From: Clostridiales bacterium UBA1316
GTDB taxonomy: Bacteria > Bacillota > Clostridia > Oscillospirales > Oscillospiraceae
Direction of reading: 5' to 3'
Length of the DNA: 64,000 bases
Assembly (NCBI GenBank): GCA_002307055.1
Contig: DBTM01000036.1
Location: forward strand, 34,416 to 98,415
This document shows positions 1-9,214 of the stretch, one piece after another. Made by a program: the position numbers and the translations under genes. The notes beneath the pieces were generated by a model that did no database searches, was not told the DNA's origin, and saw only the letters and a list, made by a program, of their open reading frames with translations. Position 1 is the stretch's first letter. Each line of letters opens with the position of its first letter.

Positions 1-576
1 ATAAGGGATGCAGGAGGGAATCATGAGCTTGCGGTAGATTTCAAATTTGCTGGCCGCGAGGGAATACATGAGCTCATGCTTTTCCTTTTCAACCGACTTG
101 AAGCCCGCGAGTGTATTTGTCGCCACGGGGTAAAATGTCAGAATCGCGGCGATGATAATCCGGCTCTTATTAATATCCTTTGTCACAGCCAGAATGATCG
201 GCGCCATGCCGAGGATGGGGATCATCTGGATGATCATGAGATAGGGGAAGACAATTTTTTCCGCCGGTTTGAAGAGGCTCATGAGCAGGGCCAGCGCAAA
301 GCCGATGGCGGTGCCGATGAGAAAACCGATGCCTGCCCGCAGGAGCGTAATACCGGCGTTGCTCAGAACGATCTGGAAGGCTGTCTGACGCCCGTTGACG
401 AGCGTTTGGCTGAAAACCGACCCGATGATCTGGTACAGGTGCGGCAGAATGTTTTCAGGAGACCTTTTTGTATGAGCGATGACGGTCGCGCCGATTTCCC
501 ATAAAAGGATGAGACCAATGACCCAGACAAGAGTCACCGCCTGCTTTGAGGTCAGAGCTTTTTTTATTGCTTTCAC
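1..576 (-). CDS. ABC transporter permease, SsuC/TauC-like (runs off the window start)
   Basis: Not in the ORF track. Translated by hand from GTG at 576: MKAIKKALTSKQAVTLVWVIGLILLWEIGA...MIPILGMAPIIL...TFYPVATNTLAGFKSVEKEKHELMYSLAASKFEIYRKLMIP. Multi-TM, directly downstream of the ATPase. Confidence 0.85.
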   Translation of the reverse strand, partial: MKAIKKALTSKQAVTLVWVIGLILLWEIGATVIAHTKRSPENILPHLYQIIGSVFSQTLVNGRQTAFQIVLSNAGITLLRAGIGFLIGTAIGFALALLMSLFKPAEKIVFPYLMIIQMIPILGMAPIILAVTKDINKSRIIIAAILTFYPVATNTLAGFKSVEKEKHELMYSLAASKFEIYRKLMIPSCIPY

Positions 577-578
577 GC

Positions 579-1412
579 TTATACCCCCTCAAAGCTGTTC
601 CTTACCTTGGTGACAAGCTGGTTGAATTCAGCCGTATTTTTGACCGCCAATGTCCGCGGCCTCGGGATGGTGATGTCGACTACGGCGGATACCCGCCCCG
701 GGTGCGGAGAGAGGACAACGACTCTGTCGGACAAAAACACCGCTTCGGAAATGTTGTGGGTGACAAACAGGATGGTTTTGTTTGTTTTGCTCCAGATGGT
801 CAGCAGGTCCTCGTTGAGCTTTTCCTTCGTGAATTCGTCGAGGGCGGAAAACGGCTCATCCATGAGCAGAATTTCCGGCTTGATCGCCAGGGCTCTGGCA
901 ATGCCGACCCGCTGCTGCATACCGCCGGAGAGCTCGTGGGGATACTTTTTGCCGAAATCGTATAAGCCGACGAGCTCGAGCATTTCGGTCACTGTTTCGG
1001 TTCTATATTTCTTGGGCAGGCCCATGAGCTCCATCGGCATGCAGACGTTGCGCCGAACCGTCCGCCAGTCGTATAAAACGGGGCTTTGAAAGACGATGCC
1101 GTATTTCTTCTGAAGGCGTATTTCTCTGGGCGATTGGCCTCTGACCGTGATTTTTCCGGAGGTCGGCTGCTGCAGATCGGCGACCGTGCGCAGCAGCGTC
1201 GTTTTGCCGCAGCCAGAAGGCCCGACAAGGCAGACAAATTCACCCTGCTTAATCTCAAGATTCACGTTCTGCAGCGCTGTGACCGGCTCGCCGCCGTCCT
1301 TATCGGGAAATTGAACCCCCAGGTTTTCAATCAATATTTCAGTTTCGGATTTTGTGGGAGCGGAGAAGTCACGTGTCAAAAATTCATTTTCCATACTTCT
1401 TGCGGCTGCCAT
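579..1412 (-). CDS. ABC transporter ATP-binding protein (SsuB/TauB-like)
   Basis: Walker A GPSGCGKT, signature LSGGMQQR, Walker B LLMDEPFSALD, H-loop VTHN. Confidence 0.95.
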   Translation of the reverse strand: MAAARSMENEFLTRDFSAPTKSETEILIENLGVQFPDKDGGEPVTALQNVNLEIKQGEFVCLVGPSGCGKTTLLRTVADLQQPTSGKITVRGQSPREIRLQKKYGIVFQSPVLYDWRTVRRNVCMPMELMGLPKKYRTETVTEMLELVGLYDFGKKYPHELSGGMQQRVGIARALAIKPEILLMDEPFSALDEFTKEKLNEDLLTIWSKTNKTILFVTHNISEAVFLSDRVVVLSPHPGRVSAVVDITIPRPRTLAVKNTAEFNQLVTKVRNSFEGV

Positions 1413-1488
1413 ATAAATCTCCTTGCTTTCTTATTTCAAAAATGTGATAGAGCGCCTTCCGTTTCAAGAGGAAGCCTGACTTAAAATA

Positions 1489-1519
1489 AAGGGCGTAAAG
1501 CCACTGCTTTACGCCTTTG
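1489..1519. terminator. Hairpin between the ADH and ABC genes
   Basis: aagggcgtaaagc / gctttacgccttt inverted repeat. Confidence 0.5.
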
Positions 1520-1551
1520 TAATCACAGGAATCTATATATACTTAATTTAC

Positions 1552-2703
1552 TTACCAAAGCTTATGGTAAATACTCAATAAATCGTCTTTGGTGACTTCT
1601 TTAATCGTGTTTGACGGGCTGCCGCTTGCCATGGCGTCGGTAGCCATTTTGCCGCACAGCGTATCGAATTTTTCTTTTTCGATGCCGTAGGTTTTGAGCG
1701 TTGGGATATCCAGCTTTGCGCACAGGCTGCTGAGCTCTGTGATAAAGAGCCGTGCGGCGGCTTCATCGCCCGTTTGAGCGCCGGCGGCGCCGATGGCTCT
1801 GGCTATGGCGGCAAATTTTTCGTAGCAGCCGTCGAGAACATAGTCCAGGCACTGCCTGATGAGCATCGCGTTCGAGATGCCGTGCGGGACGTGGAACAGT
1901 GCGCCGATCGGCCGCGACATGCCATGCACCAGCGTGACAGACGCGTTATTGATGCAGATGCCCGCCTCATAAGCCGCAATCGCCATTTCTTCGCGGGCCT
2001 TCCTGTCGGCGCCGTCATTGTAGGCGGCGGGCAGGTAAGTGAAGATACGCTTGATGGCGTCGAGCGCGTACATATCGGTGAGGGTGTTAGCTTTCCTGGA
2101 GGTGTAGGCCTCAACGGCGTGGGTCAGGGCGTCCATGCCGGTAGCGGCGGTAATATCCTTCGGCGAGGAGAGCGTGAGAGATGAATCGATGACGGCCAGA
2201 TCCGGCAGCAGCGCGTCGCCCTTCAGAAGCATTTTGACGTCTTTTTCGGTATCGGTGATAATGGTGAATTTTGTCGCCTCGGAGCCGGTGCCGGCTGTCG
2301 TGGGGATTAAAACGAGCGGGGGGAACTTTCCTTTGATCTCTGTTCCAAGATAGTCCGATATTTTGCCGCCGAGGACCGCCATCGCGCCGATGGCTTTGGC
2401 GCTGTCGAGCGGGCTTCCGCCGCCGATGGCGGCGATAAAATCGCATTTTGTATCCTTGTAAGCCTTGACGCCGGCGTTAATCATCTGATCGGTGGGTTCG
2501 CCGGTAATGTCGTTAAATACGGCCCAGGCAATGCCCCACGCATCAAGATTGTCGGTTAAAACCTTCACCAGGCCTGTTTTTGTCACGATTTTACCGGTGA
2601 CGATAAACGCTTTTTTCCCGAAGCTTTTAATAATAGCCTCGCACGAGAGCAACGCGTTTTCACCGATGACGGTGCGGCCGGGCAATGTAAACTGATATGC
2701 CAT
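1552..2703 (-). CDS. Iron-containing alcohol dehydrogenase
   Basis: GGGSPLDSAK, PTTAGTGSE, DALTHAVEAY, HGMS and HG metal-ligand motifs. Confidence 0.93.
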   Translation of the reverse strand: MAYQFTLPGRTVIGENALLSCEAIIKSFGKKAFIVTGKIVTKTGLVKVLTDNLDAWGIAWAVFNDITGEPTDQMINAGVKAYKDTKCDFIAAIGGGSPLDSAKAIGAMAVLGGKISDYLGTEIKGKFPPLVLIPTTAGTGSEATKFTIITDTEKDVKMLLKGDALLPDLAVIDSSLTLSSPKDITAATGMDALTHAVEAYTSRKANTLTDMYALDAIKRIFTYLPAAYNDGADRKAREEMAIAAYEAGICINNASVTLVHGMSRPIGALFHVPHGISNAMLIRQCLDYVLDGCYEKFAAIARAIGAAGAQTGDEAAARLFITELSSLCAKLDIPTLKTYGIEKEKFDTLCGKMATDAMASGSPSNTIKEVTKDDLLSIYHKLW

Positions 2704-2717
2704 GTGATGCTCCTAAC

Positions 2718-4043
2718 TTATAAAAACTTCTCATCGACGATGGAGAGAACCTCGTCAAGCTTGGCGAGCTCTTCGACCAGCTGCGCTTTTGTGATGATGA
2801 GCGGGGGCGCGACGATAATGACGTTTTCATGCGTATAGGTCATGAATTTGCGGGCTGAGAGCAGGCTGAGGATTTTGCCCATGATACCGTCGGGGTCCTT
2901 GCCGTAGGGGACAAGGGGCTGCTTTGCTTTCTTATCCTTCATCAATTCGACCGCGGCGAACAGACCGATATAACGCACATCGCCGACGCAGGGGTGGGCG
3001 GCCTTCATGGCTTCGAGCTTTTCGCCGAGGACTTTGCCGGTTCTGCCGACATTGCCGAGGATGTCGGCTTCTTCAAAATAGTTGACGCACGCGACGCCCG
3101 CCGCGCAAGCCAGAGGATGGCCGCTGTAGGTAAGACCGCAGGACAGGAGATTATCGTCAAAATAATCGGCGATGGCATGAGACACGACGACGCCGCCGAG
3201 CGGGATGTAGCCGCAGGTGACACCTTTGGCAAAGGTCACGATGTCGGGCTTGACGTCAAAGTTCATGAAGCCGAACATTTTTCCGGTCCGGCACCAGCCG
3301 GTCATCACCTCGTCGACAATCATCAGGATGCCGTATTTATCGCAGAGCGCCCGTACGCCGGGGAGATAGCCTTTCGGCGGGATGATGACGCCGTTTGAAC
3401 CGGTCACTGTCTCCATGAAGATCGCGGCGACGGAGGTTTCGCCCTCGTATTGAATCTGCTCTTCAAGCTTAGCCAGATAATAGCGCGTTGCCGCCTCTTC
3501 CGATTCGAATTCAATCGCTTCTCTATATATGTAAGGGTCAAAGAACTTAATAAAGCCCGGTACGCCAGGCTCGAGCGGGAACCGCCTCGGCTCGCCCGTC
3601 AGATTACCCGCACCGAAGGAGGAACCGTGATAGCTCCTGTAGCGGCTGAAGACTTTATTCCGGCCGGTGAACATGCGCGCCATCTTCACCGCGTTTTCAT
3701 TGGCGTCGGCTCCGGCGTTTGTGAAGAACACCTTGCCCATATTGTCCGGCATCAGCTCAATAATTTTTTTTGCCAGCTTCGCTCTGGACTCCGCGCCGTA
3801 AGATGGGCCGATAAAGCAGTATTGGTCAACCTGCGCTTTTATAGCCTCGCCGATGGCTTTGTTGCCGAAGCCGAGATTCATGTTGACGAGCTGGGAGGAC
3901 ATATCCGAATAACGGTTTCCGTCATAATCCCAAAAGTAGATGCCGTCCGCCTTTTCTATGGAAATCGGATTGATGTTACGCTGCTTGCTCCAGGACTGCA
4001 GATTGTATTTTTTAAGCGTACTTTTGATTTCTTCACCGGTCAT
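2718..4043 (-). CDS. Class III PLP aminotransferase (beta-alanine/taurine type)
   Basis: SYHGSS, DEVMTGWCRTG, FAKGVTCG, TYSGHPLACAA. Start placed at ATG 4043 behind GGAGG. Confidence 0.92.
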   Translation of the reverse strand: MTGEEIKSTLKKYNLQSWSKQRNINPISIEKADGIYFWDYDGNRYSDMSSQLVNMNLGFGNKAIGEAIKAQVDQYCFIGPSYGAESRAKLAKKIIELMPDNMGKVFFTNAGADANENAVKMARMFTGRNKVFSRYRSYHGSSFGAGNLTGEPRRFPLEPGVPGFIKFFDPYIYREAIEFESEEAATRYYLAKLEEQIQYEGETSVAAIFMETVTGSNGVIIPPKGYLPGVRALCDKYGILMIVDEVMTGWCRTGKMFGFMNFDVKPDIVTFAKGVTCGYIPLGGVVVSHAIADYFDDNLLSCGLTYSGHPLACAAGVACVNYFEEADILGNVGRTGKVLGEKLEAMKAAHPCVGDVRYIGLFAAVELMKDKKAKQPLVPYGKDPDGIMGKILSLLSARKFMTYTHENVIIVAPPLIITKAQLVEELAKLDEVLSIVDEKFL

Positions 4044-4054
4044 AGCTGATTCCT

Positions 4055-4116
4055 CCAAAAGAAATAAACAGCAGCGATCATCGTTACCCGAAGCATCGTT
4101 GCTGTCATTTCGTTAT
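4055..4116 (-). promoter_or_regulatory. Terminator-like leader hairpin just before the aminotransferase RBS (possible attenuator)
   Basis: Minus strand ACAGCAACGAT...ATCGCTGCTGT, then TTATTTCTTTT, then GGAGG. Confidence 0.5.
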
Positions 4117-4550
4117 TATTATTGATTTATAGCTTGTAGAGTTCCTGCTGCGTTTTTATTTTTACTATATGCATGAGTATAACCGAAGAGGATTCCGATT
4201 GCAATGCGCCTGTTAAATAAAAATAGAGAATTATATATTTCTTTTTTATGCAAGTTAACCATTGAAAAAATTGCAAATTGAGACATGAATATTTATCTGA
4301 AGCATATTGAGAGAACCATAGACGTTTAGTATATCAGCAACAACAGCCTTTCCAGCAAGGCGCAATATTTAAAGGCGCATTGGGTTAATGCAGGAAAAGC
4401 GGCTTAAAGATTCATATATGTATCGGGCTGCCGGTTGTATTGATATATTTTTAAAAGAATGTATAATTGAGACCGGCGATGCGATATGAGCCTTTGTCCT
4501 GTTCCTGGGGCGGAGGTTTTTTGATGTAAATTTGAGAGGAACGAATAGGA

Positions 4551-6032
4551 ATGAAACGATCTTTTGTTACCAATATGCCGGATAAGGCCGGGGCTTTCCT
4601 GCGGGCGTCAAGGATTATCGCCCGGTATGAAGGGAACATTGTGCGGGTGAGCTACAATAAAGCGGTTGATTTGCATATGCTCTTTCTGGATGTGGAAGCA
4701 AGCGCAATAAACCTGCGGAAGATAGAAAACGAAATGGTTAATATCGGCTACCTGAATGATTCAATCGCAGATACACGGGTGATTGAAATATCTGTAAAAA
4801 TACCGGATGTCTCCGGAGCGGTTTTGCCTGTGCTTGAAATATTGAGCAGATATGCTGTTAATATCTCCTATCTGAATTCCTCCGCAGCTGACAGCCCCTA
4901 TCAGAATTTTAAATTCGGGCTGCTTATAGAAGATACAAAACTCATTAAAACGCTTCTGGATGAGATCGGGCAGGTTTATCCGATTGACATCATCGACTGC
5001 GATACATCGGAAGAGGCGCTTGACAATACGGTCTTTTATATCAGGCTTGCCCGTGAGATGCAAAGCCTGCTGGGTTTGAATCCGGAGAAAACACGGGTGT
5101 TTCTTTCGGAATCCAACCGGATTTTACAAGCGCTGCAGTCGACAGGGGAAAAAGCGGACAAGGTTTTTGATTATATCCGCAGCTTTGCCCTTTTAGTGAG
5201 CAGCTACAGAGGAAAATGCTTTCGTGCGGATATTGAAAAAACGCAGCTATCAAGCCATACGGTTATGTACAGTATTCAGCCTTATTGCGGCAGCAACACA
5301 TATATCATAGATACGGAGTTGGAGTCTGTCATCCTTGATTCCGGTTATGCCATTTACGCCGATGAGATGTTTGAGATTTTCAGCACGCTGATAGAGAATT
5401 TTGATACAAAGCCTAAAAGAGTCTATATCACACATGCGGATGTTGATCATTGCGGCTTGTTATCTAAATTCCGGCATGCTGAAATTTTTTTGAATCAGAA
5501 AAGCTACAACAGTCTGCTGCAGCAGGTGAAAGGCCTGCCGGATTATAGAGAGGGGACGGAGCTGCATCACGGCTACAGTAAAATCAGCCGGATTATTTCG
5601 GGATATGAGCCGCCCCCGCTTGACGGAATTAAGGTACTGGACCAGAATACGCCGCCGGAGCACAAGGACCTTATAAAAATAGGTGAAATGCCGGCCGGGG
5701 ACCTTGTGTTCTCAATTTATGAAGGGAGCGGAGGCCATCTGTACGGCGAAATGGTATATGCCTGCAGTGAAGCCGGAATTATTTTTACAGGTGATTTACT
5801 CGTTAATTTTAACGGCTTCTCAAAGGAGCGGACAGAGTTCAATATGCTGGCGCCTTATTTAATGAGAACTGTCAATGTGGATTCGAAAAAGGCAAGGGAT
5901 ATGAGAAAGCAGGTATTGCAGCTTGCCGAAAACATGACAAAACTAAATAACCGGCCTTGCATCATTTGCGGAGGCCATGGCCGTCTATCCAGCTGTGAAG
6001 ACGGAAAATTACACAATATATGTGAGCCGTGA
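4551..6032 (+). CDS. ACT-domain / metallo-beta-lactamase-fold hydrolase fusion
   Basis: Two ACT-like repeats (MPDKAGAF, IPDVSGAV), then ILDSG, THADVDHCG, GGH, FTGD, CGGHG. Confidence 0.8.
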   Translation: MKRSFVTNMPDKAGAFLRASRIIARYEGNIVRVSYNKAVDLHMLFLDVEASAINLRKIENEMVNIGYLNDSIADTRVIEISVKIPDVSGAVLPVLEILSRYAVNISYLNSSAADSPYQNFKFGLLIEDTKLIKTLLDEIGQVYPIDIIDCDTSEEALDNTVFYIRLAREMQSLLGLNPEKTRVFLSESNRILQALQSTGEKADKVFDYIRSFALLVSSYRGKCFRADIEKTQLSSHTVMYSIQPYCGSNTYIIDTELESVILDSGYAIYADEMFEIFSTLIENFDTKPKRVYITHADVDHCGLLSKFRHAEIFLNQKSYNSLLQQVKGLPDYREGTELHHGYSKISRIISGYEPPPLDGIKVLDQNTPPEHKDLIKIGEMPAGDLVFSIYEGSGGHLYGEMVYACSEAGIIFTGDLLVNFNGFSKERTEFNMLAPYLMRTVNVDSKKARDMRKQVLQLAENMTKLNNRPCIICGGHGRLSSCEDGKLHNICEP

Positions 6033-6060
6033 AGCGCTGAGCTGCGGTGAGACCGAAGGG

Positions 6061-7038
6061 CTATTTGCCGCGCAGGACAGCATGCAGCGGTTTCGTTTGT
6101 ATCGCCGCTCCGTAGAAATTCTTGACCGAGCAGCCTGCCCGGCCGCCGCCCGCGCAGGCACACGCGCAGGCGCAGGAGCTCGCGCAGGCGCAGGAACGCG
6201 TGGCGGCGCAGCCGGGTCTGCCCGCAGAAAGACCGATACCCGGACCGCCGCCGAAGCCGCCTCTGTAACGGCCGCTGCCGCCGGCGCTGACGGCAATAAA
6301 AATGATGATGACGACGATGATGGCTATTGCGATAAGCGCGCTGTCGGAACCGGTGCCGTTTGATTCCTCGTTTTCGTCTGCCTGCATGCCTTCGGAGGTG
6401 CTGAAGGAATAGCTGTTATACCTGACAATGGCTGTGCAGCGCTGACCCGGCGCAAGCGCCATCGACCATACGATATAATTACCTTCTGTGACGGATGAAT
6501 CGGAATATATGACATCGGATTTGTTCCAGAGGATTTTAAGCGAATCGACCTGGGCCTCATCAAACCATCCGGGGACAAAGGTGAAGGAGCATATGCCTTT
6601 TTCGCTGTCGAGCCGGTACATGTAGGACTGGTGGAAGGAGAAGTCCAGAGGGACCGTTTCGCCGGCATTATAAGCACGGTCAAGGTCAATGCGGACATAG
6701 CTCCCGCTCTCGCTGAGATAGTTAATGCTTTTAATGTTGGCGGAGAGCGCCTTGATGGTGTCGATATGGCTGTTGGGAATGCCGATTTTGACCCAGGTGA
6801 GCGGGCCTTCGCTCGTGCTGTCGAGGACAAGCCAGTCGATGTGATAGGTCATATCCAGCGTCCCGTCGCTGCGCGGGTCTATGGTGATGTTGTAATTTTT
6901 AATTTCGTCGAGCGGGTCGGACGCGCGCGCCGGTGTAACCGGCACAAGGAGCAGCAGCAAAATGAATACGGCTGCGGCACTCAAAATTCTCTTCATATTT
7001 GTGATCATTCCTTTCAATTTGAAAGATTTATCTTTCAA
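6061..7038 (-). CDS. Signal-peptide, single-TM membrane protein (DUF2207-like ectodomain) with Gly-rich linker and (Cys-Ala)n tail
   Basis: MKRILSAAAVFILLLLLVPVTPARA signal (true start may be 6996), TM ALIAIAIIVVIIIFIAV, tail GCAATRSCACASSCACACACAGGGRAGCS. Confidence 0.8.
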   Translation of the reverse strand: MKDKSFKLKGMITNMKRILSAAAVFILLLLLVPVTPARASDPLDEIKNYNITIDPRSDGTLDMTYHIDWLVLDSTSEGPLTWVKIGIPNSHIDTIKALSANIKSINYLSESGSYVRIDLDRAYNAGETVPLDFSFHQSYMYRLDSEKGICSFTFVPGWFDEAQVDSLKILWNKSDVIYSDSSVTEGNYIVWSMALAPGQRCTAIVRYNSYSFSTSEGMQADENEESNGTGSDSALIAIAIIVVIIIFIAVSAGGSGRYRGGFGGGPGIGLSAGRPGCAATRSCACASSCACACACAGGGRAGCSVKNFYGAAIQTKPLHAVLRGK

Positions 7039-7042
7039 ACTT

Positions 7043-8428
7043 TTAGCAAACCTGCTCTTTCCGGCCCAGCTGGCACTGTTTTTCCATTTTGGCGGAGACG
7101 CTTCTGATGTCCCGGCACTTGGCGGAATTCCAAATCTCGTGCCAGGGCGATGCCAGTATATTGCCCAGACCCGGACCGGACAGCCAGCTTTGACAGGGGA
7201 TGACCGTCCCGTCGGGCGCGACGGCCATATTGCTCAGGCACGCGCCGCACGACGGAATGGTTTTGAAACCAATCTCGCGCAGGCGCTCTTCGGGCAGCCA
7301 GCCGGGTGAGGTGAAGCTGATATCCATACAATTTTTTTTACAATAGGTATACGCGTCTTTGAGAACGTCATAAAGCGCGTCTTCGCCGAGCTGCGTACTG
7401 ACGGACGCCTCGTTTTGAGCGTTGCCGGTTAATATGAGCCCTGAGCAGGAGATATAACGGACGCCGAGCTCTTTAACAAAGCGCAGGGTCTCCGCGTAAT
7501 CCTTGTTTAATGTGCACAGCGGCGTGTTGATGCTGACATTAAGCCCGGCGCTGACCGCGTTTTTAATGCCCGCGACTGTCTTTTCCCAGCTTTCGGCGCC
7601 GACCAAAAGGTTATGTATTTGTGATTTGTGGGAATAAAGCGTTACCTGAACACTGTCAAGGCTGGCCTCGCACAGCGCCGAGCATAATTCCGGCGTGAGG
7701 CAGATCCCGTTCGTGTTGAGCCGTGAGATAAACCATTTCGAATAGCCGACCAGTTCCGTCAGGTCGCGCCGGAGCGTCGGCTCGCCGCCGGTAAAGGTAA
7801 TCTGAGGGATGCCGGCTGCCCGGCACTTGTCAATGACCTTTTTCCAGCCCTCCGTCGTCAGCTCGTCGGCACCGGACAGCTCCTGATGGGCGGCATAGCA
7901 GTGCAGGCACTTGTTGTTGCAGTTCCAGTTCCCGCTCTTGCTCAGCGAGCTGATCATGAGGTCCATCCGGTGCGGCGCGTTCATATGTCTGGCGTATTCG
8001 GAAAGCGTCAAAGCGCCGATTTTCTCAGTAGGCTCCCGTCCGTTAGCCACATCGTCAAGCGTGTTGATGATGCGCCATAAATCGTCCCGTATCGTTTTTT
8101 CCTTGACGCGGCGGTAGATGCCGCGCATTTTGGCGATAGTTTTAACAATGACCGCTTCCCAATCACTGTCAAAAACATCCTTCCCGTCGTAGGGCTGCAT
8201 CTCATCGATAAAAATCGACAGCAAAATGGCCCAAGAGGTGTTGATGGGCAGAATATCCTGACCGTTTAAAATGATAACGCTCGGAGCAGTCCCCACCAGA
8301 CGAAGCCTCGGCGGTATCATATGCACACGCACCACGCCCTCACGCCCCGGATTCAGCGTGACATGCTTGACCCCGCTGAAATGCTCCTGAAAATATTGAT
8401 ACTCCTTGAAACCCATCATTAAAACCAC
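7043..8428 (-). CDS. Radical SAM protein with N-terminal extension and C-terminal SPASM/twitch-like domain
   Basis: CNNKCLHC motif, FTGGEPTLR, LNTNG, C-terminal CGAC...PDGTVIPC...C...C. Confidence 0.9.
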   Translation of the reverse strand: MVLMMGFKEYQYFQEHFSGVKHVTLNPGREGVVRVHMIPPRLRLVGTAPSVIILNGQDILPINTSWAILLSIFIDEMQPYDGKDVFDSDWEAVIVKTIAKMRGIYRRVKEKTIRDDLWRIINTLDDVANGREPTEKIGALTLSEYARHMNAPHRMDLMISSLSKSGNWNCNNKCLHCYAAHQELSGADELTTEGWKKVIDKCRAAGIPQITFTGGEPTLRRDLTELVGYSKWFISRLNTNGICLTPELCSALCEASLDSVQVTLYSHKSQIHNLLVGAESWEKTVAGIKNAVSAGLNVSINTPLCTLNKDYAETLRFVKELGVRYISCSGLILTGNAQNEASVSTQLGEDALYDVLKDAYTYCKKNCMDISFTSPGWLPEERLREIGFKTIPSCGACLSNMAVAPDGTVIPCQSWLSGPGLGNILASPWHEIWNSAKCRDIRSVSAKMEKQCQLGRKEQVC

Positions 8429-8581
8429 TCTTTCAATGCAAGCTCAGTATAATACTGTAATATTTTACTTTATATTACTTTATATTACTTCATTTTACAA
8501 CAAAAATCAACCATAAACGCAGAACAGGTATATTATACAATATACCTGCGCTGCTGCCAAGCAGATGCTTTTGCTGTACAA

Positions 8582-9181
8582 TTATTTTACGGAAGGATTG
8601 CGGAGCGCCATATATTCCGGGCGGGTAATTGCCAGGCGCAGCGCTTCCTTTGCCTTTTTCGAGTCCGGCAAAGGTACTTTAGCAACGATTCTCATGCCGT
8701 TCTTAATAAAAACACGCTGGCTACGTAGATTGTAGTCATCAGGAAGGCCGTAAACCACATCGGCATGCTCCGTATTAAACGCGAAGTCCAGCAGCATACC
8801 GATAAACAGCGTTCCAATGCCCTGCCCCCAATAGCTTTTCTCACCGATGGCCATATCGATGCGCCGCACATCAGTATCTGCCGGATGCTGGGCTAGAATG
8901 TCGGCATAATTCATCTTTTGCAGCCAGCATTCGCCGATTGGTATACTGTTTGCTTCGATGATAAAGCAATAGGCCGTTTGCGAGGTCATACCGTAAATAT
9001 AATGGACACTTTCCGGCTCGTAGTGTGTCACATCCGCTTCCTCGCACCAGTACAGCACCTCCGGGTCCGCGTTCCACTTGTACAGAAGCGGCAGATGCGC
9101 GTCACTCATAGGGCGCAGGACGATGCTGTATGTATCGTTGCCTCCATAAAGCGTGATGTCATGTGTTTTGATAATGCTCAT
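8582..9181 (-). CDS. GNAT N-acetyltransferase (RimJ/RimL or AAC(6')-like)
   Basis: IDMAIGEKSYWGQGIGT, YNLRSQRVFIKNG. Confidence 0.85.
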   Translation of the reverse strand: MSIIKTHDITLYGGNDTYSIVLRPMSDAHLPLLYKWNADPEVLYWCEEADVTHYEPESVHYIYGMTSQTAYCFIIEANSIPIGECWLQKMNYADILAQHPADTDVRRIDMAIGEKSYWGQGIGTLFIGMLLDFAFNTEHADVVYGLPDDYNLRSQRVFIKNGMRIVAKVPLPDSKKAKEALRLAITRPEYMALRNPSVK

Positions 9182-9214
9182 GCGTGACCTCCTTATCTGG
9201 TTTAGTTTCCGGCC

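Noticed and set aside
5977..6363. Ala/Gly/Pro-rich repetitive ORFs
   Set aside because: Alternative frames of the GC-rich DNA encoding the (Cys-Ala)n tail
8461..8490. Three copies of a 10-mer (TATWTTACTT)
   Set aside because: Short AT-rich tandem repeat with no spacers. Not CRISPR and too weak to call regulatory.
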